Shown piece after piece: positions 54,194-64,000 of a stretch of 64,000 nucleotides of DNA. Position numbers and translations under genes: made by a program. The stretch covers positions 23,259-87,258 of the forward strand of contig JAQGDQ010000855.1 in assembly GCA_030141605.1 (NCBI GenBank), written 5' to 3'. Position 1 is the stretch's first letter. Each line of letters begins with the position of its first letter. This DNA is from Tubiluchus corallicola. Lineage: Eukaryota > Animalia > Priapulida. A model generated the notes under the pieces. That model ran no database searches. It saw only the letters and a program-made list of their open reading frames with translations, and was not told the DNA's origin.

Positions 54194-56908
54194 CTTTATT
54201 TAAAGTCGGCTTTTGGGTCAACAATTAACATTAGCTCAAAGAGCTATTATCGACGACTGTAAATAACAACCTACAACTGCATAACAGAGACTATTATTAC
54301 CCCACTTTTACCCTAAATACCACGCGTCAGGCAGGTACCATTTTTGCAGTCTTTGGTATGACCTGGCCGCTGGTTCGGACTCACGACCTCCTAGACGGAA
54401 AGCAGACGCATTACCACTAGACTAAACCGTCTGGTCAATATTACCTTTTTCACCAATAAGTGTTATAATTATAATTGTATAATTTTCTTTGCTCGTTTTC
54501 CATAGCTTCTCTGTGGCTGAAGCTTTATGTTATTAGTACTAATATGAATATGATTAGGCCTACATTAGAAGAGTAAAATAATTGGTATAGTGGTTGCGTT
54601 AAAGTTTATTTATTCTTCTGGTTAAAGCTGCTTGCTGATTATTGTTGTTTATTGCGTGGCGTGTGAGGAGCCACGATGGGCATGGCAAACTATCAAGACT
54701 TTATTTAATAAACTACACATTTATTAAATATCAAACACAACACGATAAATATAGGAGGATAGTAATGCCAGCCCTCCGTCTTCAAGTCAGTTCCTCATCT
54801 CCCTCGAGGTGGGGGCCTCAAACACTTTGTCTAACCACTTAATGCGCCATGAGCTTCTGCGCATAAGGATTACATCATCACTCTTTACTTCCGAGTCAGC
54901 CGGTCGAACATCAGCTGGTCACGTGATGCCACACCTAACTAGGCTTCTAGCCACGACGATAGTTTAATCTTGCATCGTCAAGCATGTAATCTTGAATTAT
55001 TAATTTAATAATTTAATCACCAATTTAATCAAAATCACTTTTTAACACAGCTTTCCTTTACTAGAAGTAAGCTATGACAAGTGGTTATAGGCTATGCCAA
55101 TACTCTGATACAGCGAAGTGTAGAGTAGATACAGGCTCTTCAAAAGTAAAATTTAGAAAATTCAAATTGTAAACTTATTAACCAGATTTAAAGCAAAACC
55201 GGATCCAATGTTGACTGTAGATCAAAAGGACCTATTCTTTAAAATAACGAAAGGAAACCTACAATTTTTTTCAAAAGTGACTTATGTGACTTATGCTAAA
55301 GAATTATTACCACGCAAGCCACAATTTCACGTTCGTGCCACTAGTTCTTCACTGTTACATGCATTTCACCATTCGCTAGTTAGGCAGGCACTAGCGCCTT
55401 CATTTCGGAAACGCATTGCGTAAAAACAGGAGCTGTACCTCTGAGTTCACATATGTTAGTTTGTGACGAATTGCACACGTTCGACAGCTCATGCGTGAGC
55501 ACAGCGGTAATTTCGAATTTGAATTTTTATCTTATAACATGCCTAGTTTTAGTACAATACACTGAATATCTTACAGTAGCACTGTACTTCAAATTTTGCT
55601 TTCACAAACACGTGCAACACGCTCGTAGCTCAAATTACATAAAGCTTTAAAAATCGTTTTGAAATTTTGTACCACTTACGTACTGCCTTTTTGCATACAG
55701 CACTTGCGTGGGAAGTAACGTTGTACAAAAATATATAAATTTAAGCTCCCATGATGACTGCTAGATGCAGCCATTTTGACGATAAGTCATTTGAAACAAG
55801 TTTAGATAACATTGTGTAAAGTTTGAAAAATATTGTTGCGGAGCCCTCCCCTGGGGGCTGCCAGGGGGTCGAGGGCCGCGAAGACGGCTGAGCAGTCAGC
55901 TTTCGTTGGCGCGCTTTGCATTCCACTAGGACGGAGTGCAGAGAAAGAAATACAAAAGATAAATAATCAGGTTCAAACTACGCCGTACCTACCCCAAACG
56001 ACAATCCTGTTAAGCACTGAAAAGAGCAGCACACATGGTGGACGTGAGCACGACAGAGACGTAGTAACCTACGTGCTCACCGCTTTTATAGCAAGTGACT
56101 TTGCGCATGCGCAAAGTTAACCTTGACTAAGCGTGGCCGCAACAATATAATCAGTGCATTCGTTGTACACACGCCACTAACTAAGTAAAATTTTAAATTA
56201 CTGTATCTTATCAATAAGATTAAAATACGTTTTTAGTTAGTGAGTGGTGCACCCTGGAGGTGAGTCAACAACATTTTACCAACTGGCACAAACATTTTAA
56301 ATTATTATTTCTAGTTTCAACCAGGTAAGTGAAATGCCAAGTAATGTAACTGTATTGGAACCTTTAACGGAACCTTTACGTTGTGCGTATATGACGTCAT
56401 GTAATGACGCCGTCGGAACAATATTGCGGGAGATTTAAAATGAAAACAAACAAAAATTTCCTTTAACGCGAGTACGATATACGCATAAATCGCTATAAAG
56501 TAATAAAATTTCTTAATGCTATTTTTCTGAAACCTACTTCAGGTACCCCTTTTTACTTCAGGTACCCCTTTCTACTTCAGGTACCCCTTTCTACTTCAGG
56601 TACTCCTTTTCCACTTCAGGTACCTCTTTCTACTTCAGGTACCCCTTTTCTACATCAGGTACCCCTTTCTACTTCAGGTACCCCTTTTCTACTTCAGGTA
56701 TCCCTTTTCTTGTACTTTAAAGGGTCTGTGTTTGTTTTCATAATAAACTCTTAATTATTAACAATCTTTGCTTAACTAATAATTACCATAGCAGCTTTCA
56801 TACCTCACTACAAGAAGGATTTGACCCACATTTCTGTCCACACGTGGTTTTGATTATTATGAAAATAACGCAGACACTAAAGTTCAAGAGGTGATGTCTC
56901 TGAAACAT
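52332..56908 (-). CDS. Secreted single-domain C-type lectin (~177 aa), QPD/WND galactose-type
   Basis: Exons 56908-56804, 54086-53882 and 52555-52332 (534 nt, in frame by coordinates). Signal peptide MFQRHHLLNFSVCVIFIIIKTTCG; motifs GNCYRF, C..IGGDLVAIETAEENQFL, FWIGLTD.HEEGDWRW, GQPDN...ESCA, WNDFSC, YICE. An acceptor at ~56926 implies an upstream 5' exon. Confidence 0.88.
53330..53735 (+). mobile_element. Degenerate LINE family L-A 3' remnant in intron 2 of the lectin
   Basis: The + strand translates to LLWNSLPL*LKQIRSL*AFKTKLKSLILTRYEIPSHLYDSIHTNSEFIYTRPY*. The 3' UTR matches the reverse complement of 28373-28420. Confidence 0.75.
54128..54435 (-). mobile_element. tRNA-derived SINE with a Meta-like central domain and (TAT)n tail
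   Basis: Minus strand: A box TAGTCTAGTGGT, B box GAGTCCGAACC, then GGTCATACCAAAGACTGCAAAAATGGTACCTGCC (resembles the MetaSINE core as I recall it), AATAAAG and (TAT)n. Confidence 0.65.
55834..56144 (-). mobile_element. Solo LTR (311 bp), Gypsy-like 4-bp TSD
   Basis: Ends TGTTGCGG...CCGCAACA, TSD ATAT/ATAT, and minus-strand CTATAAAAG. Confidence 0.6.
56534..56710. repeat. 19-20-bp minisatellite
   Basis: Unit CTACTTCAGGTACCCCTTT(T). A single-copy version lies inverted at ~31560-31590 in a related dispersed repeat. Confidence 0.9.
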
Positions 56909-57286
56909 CTTAGTTGCCAAAACACCTGTCAAAAACAAAGAGCGTATATTAATAAAACTAGTTTGACTTGAATTATTATTAGTAGGGGTGAGCATTGTCT
57001 ACTCTACCAGAAAGCAAATTCGAATCGAATCGAATTTGCGACATTTTAAATTAGTTTTACTTAATAATACACGTGAAAATAAATAATGCAATAATTTCGA
57101 CTCAAGCTGAGAAAAAAGGTAAAAATCATAAAAAGAGCCATGATTACAGCGTTAAGAACTTTCTAACATTTTTTACACTTCATGAATTTTACAACAAACC
57201 GATTTAATGTCTCAAAAATTAGCTAGGGCATAGTACTATAATGTTGGCGAATACAGTTTACTTTACTAGCAGATAGGGGGCATCAT

Positions 57287-57707
57287 CCACACTGTATCTC
57301 GACACTAGGCGGAGGAGCTGCACAAGCAGCCAACGGCTAGAGGGCGGAGGAGGTCAAGTGATCCAACTGCCATTTGTAGAGGAATAAACCTTCCAAATCA
57401 GGAGTGGTGCCCCGAAGGCGGACCAGTGCAGCATGCTCACTGACTCCAGCAGCTCCTGCAGCCAACCTGGTGCCAAACGTATCGCTCAGCTTTCCTTAGG
57501 ACTACACCAGGGAGGAAGAGAGGGGTTTCTGTTGTCTGGGCAACTCAGGATCTCCATACACCTTGCCCAGGCGTGCCCCCTGGAGATGTTCAAGGATCGG
57601 ACTGCTCAGCCACAGTCGACGGTGCAGCTCCATCAATGTGATCAATAACTGACTCTCTTGGCGCACATTCCATTGTCTTCCGAGACAGAAGGATGCCAAC
57701 AACAACA
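57287..57707 (+). mobile_element. Non-autonomous RTE (BovB/RTE1-like) element with a (CAA)n tail
   Basis: Perfect 12-bp TSD AGGGGGCATCAT at 57275-57286 and 57708-57719. RTE-like leader (..CTCCATACACCTTGCCCAGGCGTGCCCCCTGGAG) and 3' end CCATTGTCTTCCGAGACAGAAGGATGCCAACAACAAC. Confidence 0.75.
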
Positions 57708-57784
57708 AGGGGGCATCATACGAAAAGCACATGGTTTTCGTCTTGACTACCAAGTCCACACTCACACGACCCTTCTCTCTCGTG

Positions 57785-58420
57785 GAACTACATAAAATAT
57801 ATGAACTACATAAACTACAACTACATAAACTACAACTACATAAAATATATGAACTACATAAACTACAACTACATAAAATATATGAACTACATAAACTACA
57901 ACTACATAAAATATATGAACTACATAATCTACAACTACATAAAATATATGAACTACATAAACTACAACTACATAAAATATATGAACTACATAATCTACAA
58001 CTACATAAAATATATGAACTATATAAACTACAACTACAACTACATAAAATATATGAACTACATAAACTACAACTACATAAAATATATGAACTACATAAAC
58101 TACAACTACATAAAATATATGAACTACATAAACTACAACTACAGAAAATATATGAACTACATAAACTACAACTACATAAAATATATGAACTACATAAACT
58201 ACAACTACATAAAATATATGAACTACATAAACTACAACTGCATAAAATATATGAACTACATAAACTACAACTACATAAAATATATGAACTACATAAACTA
58301 CAACTACATAAAATATATGAACTACGTAAACTACAACTACATAAAATATATGAACTACATAAACTACAACTACATAAAATATATGAACTACATAAACTAC
58401 AACTACATAAAGTATATGAA
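57785..58420. repeat. 33-bp minisatellite (~19 copies)
   Basis: Unit GAACTACATAAACTACAACTACATAAAATATAT. Confidence 0.95.
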
Positions 58421-58703
58421 CAAAAATCATATTTACGTTTTAGGATACAAGCGACCTGCAAACTCACTATAAGTTCAATGAATGTTGTTTGTCAAGCAAA
58501 AGTGACAAGGTGAATACAGTACGATATTTTGTGTGAGAAGTTGAACGCTGTAGCAATGAAGCCTGCATGTTTGGCGCCAGTTTCAAATAATATTATAGTC
58601 AGAGTCGTACTGACCAATAGGCCAACTAGGGCGCCAAGGTTTGAGAGGTTTTAGAAAATTTTGTGTGAGATGGTTTGTGCCACACAGTTTGCTGCATACA
58701 GAT

Positions 58704-58890
58704 ATACATACATACATACATACATACATACATACATACATACATACATACATACATACATACATACATACATACATACATACATACATACATACATACA
58801 TACGTACGTACATACATACATACATACATGCACACATACACATATACACACATGCACACATACACATATACATATATATGTATGCATGTA
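58704..58890. repeat. (CATA)n microsatellite with a degenerate flank
   Basis: Read directly from the sequence. Confidence 0.97.
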
Positions 58891-60682
58891 TGTGCAAATA
58901 AAGATTATATAAACATCACTATATATCACATATATCATATATATATACATGTGATATATAGTGATATACATTTTATATGTGATATATATAATCTTTATTT
59001 GCCATTAAAATACATTGATAATCACCGAATATATATATATATAAGACGATTGCGACCAGATAAAGCAATAACCGTTACAGTACCAGCCAGCAATACTTAG
59101 GATCTAGACTACTATTGTGTTTCTTTTATTAGTTAACACGCTTTGAGACAATTAATTGTAATTAATTAATCACCTACGGGAGCTTAGGTTAGATCGATAG
59201 GGCAATGATATCTTCCCGCACGACCTTGAACCGCGAAATATGCGTTGTGTAATAAATCTTTATCTCACAAGTTGACAAGCTGGCTTCCGCAATAAGCCGT
59301 CTCAATATGGATACTCTATATATTGGTTCGTGAAGCGGACAGTGTCTTTAAGAGAATTCAACAATCCAACAACAAGGACGGAACCCTTTCACTTTCTACT
59401 CGAATCTGTGTCGAACGATAGTATAATGTTGTTAATTCTTACGGAATTCTGATAATTGCTTTTTAATGTATCTTTAGTTCACAAGCAACGATGTAAAAGT
59501 ATAAATCTGTAGGCCAATATGTTAATTTCATTACTGCCATTAATAATAAAAAAAATAAAAGAAATAATAATTTATTGTTGGATAATCGCAGATGCGCTTT
59601 AACTTTTACCACGTGGCTTACATCTGGTATGTAATCACGTCACAACCAAAGAACGTGGCCCTTCATAAGCATTCCATATTACGGAGCCAACATGGCGGTA
59701 GTCTGAAGACGAAAAATCGAAGAATAAATGTCTCATTTTTGTAAATTCTTAGTATTGCTTTAAGTGCTGGTTTGCAGTTTATGTATTGTTGTGTATATGG
59801 ATAACCTTAGAACAAGGCAACTGCGGTTTTTGTTGGCTTTTCTTTTTCTTACCATGACAATAGTAATTATTTCATTGCTGTATTACTATTACGTTGTTTA
59901 TTTCCCTTTTCCCATTTGTTCTTGATAAATTGCTTCTTTGTACAACGAAGATAAATAAGTATTTTTAAAAACTCGTGATTTAGATATAACACCTTTGCAA
60001 ATGCAAATCAATTGCAAGTCACATAAAACTTCGAGAGGTGGCCCCTATATGCTGTGGCTTGGTCTCCCTAAAACGCATAATTTAATGTTGTTGTTTATGT
60101 TATAATAAGCTGACAAACATACACAGTATTGGTAATACCTTTCTTATTTACTGTCATCTGCTAAATCTGTTATAAAATTGTAGTTTATTTTAATTGAAAT
60201 TGAAATTTGAGACTATTGCTAAGTGAGTTCTTGCTGAAGAATTTAAAAGTTACAGTGGGTTTGTTATTTGTTACCCAGGTAAAGTTGGTAAATTTGCATT
60301 AACTGTACTTTTTTATGCTACACATCGATGAAACAGACGTATGTATGAAGATGCTTCATTTCTTTGTTGGTTCTGAAAGTTTTTTGTATAGCATGTATGT
60401 CTTGAGATCTAGCTAATGACATCCTTGTATTTGAACAGACCCGCTGTGTTAAGTGGATCTGAGTAAAATTATTGGTTTTGAGTCGAAAAACATAATTTGA
60501 TAAAAAGTCAGGGAAAATGATGAAAATAGGGCAAAAAAGTCACAGAATTGGAAAGGGTTGCAAAAGTAATCTGCATTAAACCGAAATTTTTCAACAATTC
60601 GTGTTCAAATAAAATTTAACTATGACAGGCTCCCAGTTTCGATTTCTGTTCCAAAAATAATGATTGGCCAATACATTATATA

Positions 60683-61652
60683 CAGTAGGCGCCACTTAAT
60701 AGACTCACTTTGGGACCGAAGTGTTTTGACCCAATTAACCGATTGAACCTATTAACCGATGGGTGTAGTATTACTGCTATAGAAGTATGAATCATCAGCT
60801 TACTAGGCACTGTAAAGGTTTTTAATGAATTTTAGAAACATACTAATCCCTAAATTCCTTTATGCAGTTAAAAATTAGCAAAAATATTTTAAAATATTAA
60901 TTTATATTAGCAATTATATTAAGTGAATTAGCAATAAGTTAAAGAGTATACTTTTCTAAATCACAGATTTTTCTGAGTCTGTTTATTTGCAAAAATTACA
61001 AAAATTCCTTCAAGGTCGGCTGCTTCATTTTCTCGCAAAGAAGTTGGCTCACAAAGTTCTCGTAATTATAAAAACATTGAAAATCTGTTATTGTGCATGA
61101 CTAAAACAGTTTTGAATCGCCTGTTCACTTACTTTCTCTTATTTGCTGTACGATGTTTACTCTTGTAAGTCACAAGGAATACTGGGTGATTGCTGGACCT
61201 CAATCTTTGACTGTTAACTCATTAAGTCTGAAAGCGTGACTTGCTTCTAGAGCATCAAAAGGAAACCGCTAGGCAAGTGATTAAATGTTTAACTTCCAGA
61301 AATTCTTTGGGTAACAGTGGGCGAGCGGGTAACAAAGTTAAAGCAAAATCGCTACGCTAGTGTATTAGTGCATGATAAACATACCTGCTTACAAGCAAAA
61401 TGGTACTTAATATGATTGTCTCTGCATATATGGTGCACAAAAGGGAAGTAAAGATGACATAAAAGTACGAAAGGCTGTTTGGGCACCTACAAGTGTCTTA
61501 TTTTAAGTAGGTGAAGGAAAAATATTGAGTCAACTAAGCAGAGTTATTTGAGTCAATTTCCGACAGTTTTTATATATATGTGAATAGAAGCGGCCCATTT
61601 CAGGCGTTTTTGAGTCAATCAAGCGATTAAGTCTATTAAGCAACGCCTACTG
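60683..61652 (-). mobile_element. Internally deleted pogo/Tigger-like Tc1-mariner element (970 bp)
   Basis: TIRs CAGTAGGCG..CTTAATAGACT / AGTCTATTAAG..CGCCTACTG with TA on both sides. A minus-strand remnant ..EKMKQPTLKEFL* at ~61040-60997 resembles the pogo transposase C-terminal PIP-like motif. Confidence 0.75.
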
Positions 61653-62783
61653 TATCAGTATATGTATGAATGTCCATACACAAAAATGCTTGAATATGTA
61701 TCCTGGTAAAATAATTTCTGTTTATATTGGTTATGGAAAATCAATATTTGGTCAGAGAAAAGTCACGGAAAAGTCAGGGAAATTTATATTAAAATTCTGT
61801 GGGAACCCTCAACTAAGGGTTAAACTTGGTTGTTTACCACATGTAATTGATAAAGTAACTGATTTAGTTTAACTGTTAGACTATAAACAGTAAAAGTAAA
61901 TTGTTTACATCACTGGCTTGATTCTCACTTGACACCTAGCACTCTAACGGTGACCAGTTAGAAAAGGCCGTTTAACCCCTTCATACCCGTTGTATCCCGT
62001 GGGATACGAGAATATTTTCTGCCTTTAAAATGTTTTATGTACTGTTTATTTTCTATGCTTTGTAAATGTTATGTACAGGTTATTACCTAGTTATTACTCA
62101 TTGTCTTACATATGCGTACAAGCCAGGACACAAAGAAAATTGCCCTAAATCTGAGCGAATGCCCAAAAAATATGGGACAGACTTGATATCATTTGTCCGG
62201 TGATTTTTTGACTGTAAAACATCGAAAATTTTTGTGCCATTGGCGCAATCATTCAATCACACTATTAATATTTTTTGTCAGAAGTATCGATTTTGTGCCA
62301 CAAATAAATTTTGGGCGAAGAAAAATTTTCTGTGCTAAATATCACCGCCATCCCCCTAGAAGCGACCCATACGCTTATATTGTCTCATGTTTAGACTGTA
62401 AGATTTTCACTTTATCACTTTCCCCATGATATATTTGTCTATATTTCTGTATCTATCTTCTAGTGCTCTCCATTCCTAGTAGCAATAGATTCCTTTGCCA
62501 TGGAAATTACTAGAAATTTGCGAATTTCATCTTAAATTGGTTTAGTTATGTCGGAATTTTCATATGACTACAAATATGAATAATTGCCTCTTCTGATGGA
62601 TTTCTGGACAGGACATCATGCATGCCCCTAGTACCGAGTCCGACCCTGATTCAGGGCATTCTCTACACACTAAATCGCTAGTGGATACTAGGAAAGACTA
62701 AACAATAAGCCCTCTAATAGAAAAGAAGTACCGATTGTTAAGATTGAGAGTCATTGCTAGCGAAAGAATCTGACAACACTTGG

Positions 62784-62816
<33 letters not shown>

Positions 62817-64000
62817 GAAATCCGTTCATTTTTTATACATTTTATATGAATAAGCTTCATAGCTATACATAGAAGATTATGAATATCAGTACAAAAATGA
62901 AAAAAACTACAAAACTCAGTCAGAATTAATTTCTCAAAGTCCAAAATACTGTTCCTATTGTAGCAGCATAATCCTATCACTGAAGAGTAGTACAAGTAAT
63001 CAAAACCATAATATCTAAATAATAGAGAAAGAATTATCGATGCAGGTAGATTAGCACTAGAAGATAGATACAGAAATATAGACAAATATATCATGGGGAA
63101 AGTGATAAAGTGAAAATCTTACAGTCTAAACATGAGACAATATAAGCATATGGGTCGCTTCTAGGGGGATGGCGGTGATATTTAGCACAGAAAATTTTTC
63201 TTCGCCCAAAATTTATTTGTGGCACAAAATCGATACTTCTGACAAAAAATATTAATAGTGTGATTGAATGATTGCGCCAATGGCACAAAAATTTTCGATG
63301 TTTTATAGTCAAAAAATCACCGGACAAATGATATCAAGTCTGTCCCATGTTTTTTGGGCATTCGCTCAGATTTAGGGCAATTTTCTTTGTGTCCTGGCTT
63401 GTACGCATATGTAAGACAATGAGTAATAACTAGGTAATAACCTGTACATAACATTTACAAAGCATAGAAAATAAACAGAAAATAAATAATTTTAAAGGCA
63501 GAAAATATTCTCGTATCCCACGGGATACAACGGGTATGAAGGGGTTAAACGGCCTTTTCTAACTGGTCACCGTTAAAGTGCTAGGTGTCAAGTGAGAATC
63601 AAGCCAGTGCTGTAAACTGACTTTTCCGTGACTTTTCTCTGACCAAATATTGATTTTCCATAACCAATATAAACAGAAATTATTTTACCAGGATACATAT
63701 TCAAGCATTTTTGTGTATGGACATTCATACATATACTGATACAGTAGGCGTTGCTTAATAGACTTAATCGCTTGATTGACTAAAAAACGCCTGAAATGGG
63801 CCGCTTCTATTCACATATATATAAAAACTGTCGGAAATTGACTCAAATAACTCTGCTTAGTTGACTCAATATTTTTCCTTCACCTACTTAAAATAAGACA
63901 TTTGTAGGTGCCCAAACAGCCTTTCGTACTTTTATGTCATCTTTACTTCCCTTTTGTGCACCATATATGCAGAGACAATCATATTAAGTACCATTTTGCT
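61394..64000. repeat. Large inverted duplication (arms 61394-62467 and 63053-64000+) including a TTAA|CCCCT piggyBac-like end
   Basis: The arms are near-identical reverse complements (ORFs 62193-62429+ and 63091-63327- differ by one residue). The right arm lacks 61778-61903, and the spacer is ~585 bp. Confidence 0.93.

Noticed and set aside
57502-58513. Long ORFs of 222-321 aa (ELHKLQLHKIY, CSCSLCSSYIL repeats) as structural or metallothionein-like proteins
   Set aside because: A 33-bp unit happens to lack stops in four frames on both strands. There is no codon-position bias or exon context, and the ORFs run into an RTE insert.
59684-59710. AACATGGCGG (YY1-like or start-context motif) as a gene start or promoter
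   Set aside because: The ATG is followed by a stop after four codons and no downstream exons were found. Such motifs are common in transposon remnants.
62193-63327. Twin 78-aa ORFs as a duplicated gene
   Set aside because: They have non-ATG starts and no recognisable domain, and they merely reflect the inverted duplication of a transposon end.

Overview
AT-rich, intron-containing animal (probably invertebrate) genomic DNA; it is not prokaryotic and has no CRISPR array. Six protein-coding genes can be assembled by hand from GT-AG exons. On the + strand is a tandem cluster of three paralogous S1 (trypsin/chymotrypsin-fold) serine proteases with hydrophobic C-terminal tails: only the last exon of gene 1, plus two complete 7-exon genes. 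Two paralogs carry Arg at position 193, as mesotrypsin does, and one has lost two canonical disulfides. On the - strand are a secreted QPD-type C-type lectin and two related leucine-rich-repeat (LRR) surface-protein genes. One is a single-module type-I membrane protein and the other a four-module, probably GPI-tailed protein; all their introns are phase 1. Introns and spacers are full of LINE remnants, RTE-derived non-autonomous elements, SINEs (tRNA- and 5S-derived), solo LTRs, hAT/pogo MITEs, many satellites, and a >950-bp inverted duplication at the right edge. The most notable signals are a twister ribozyme whose cleavage site matches the 5' end of an RTE-type insert, an intronic array of nine head-to-tail mini-intron units (TACTAACAG|GTGAGT), the exon-modular LRR locus with potentially interchangeable membrane anchors, and the divergent protease cluster. 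All gene models were made by eye and are not supported by transcript data.
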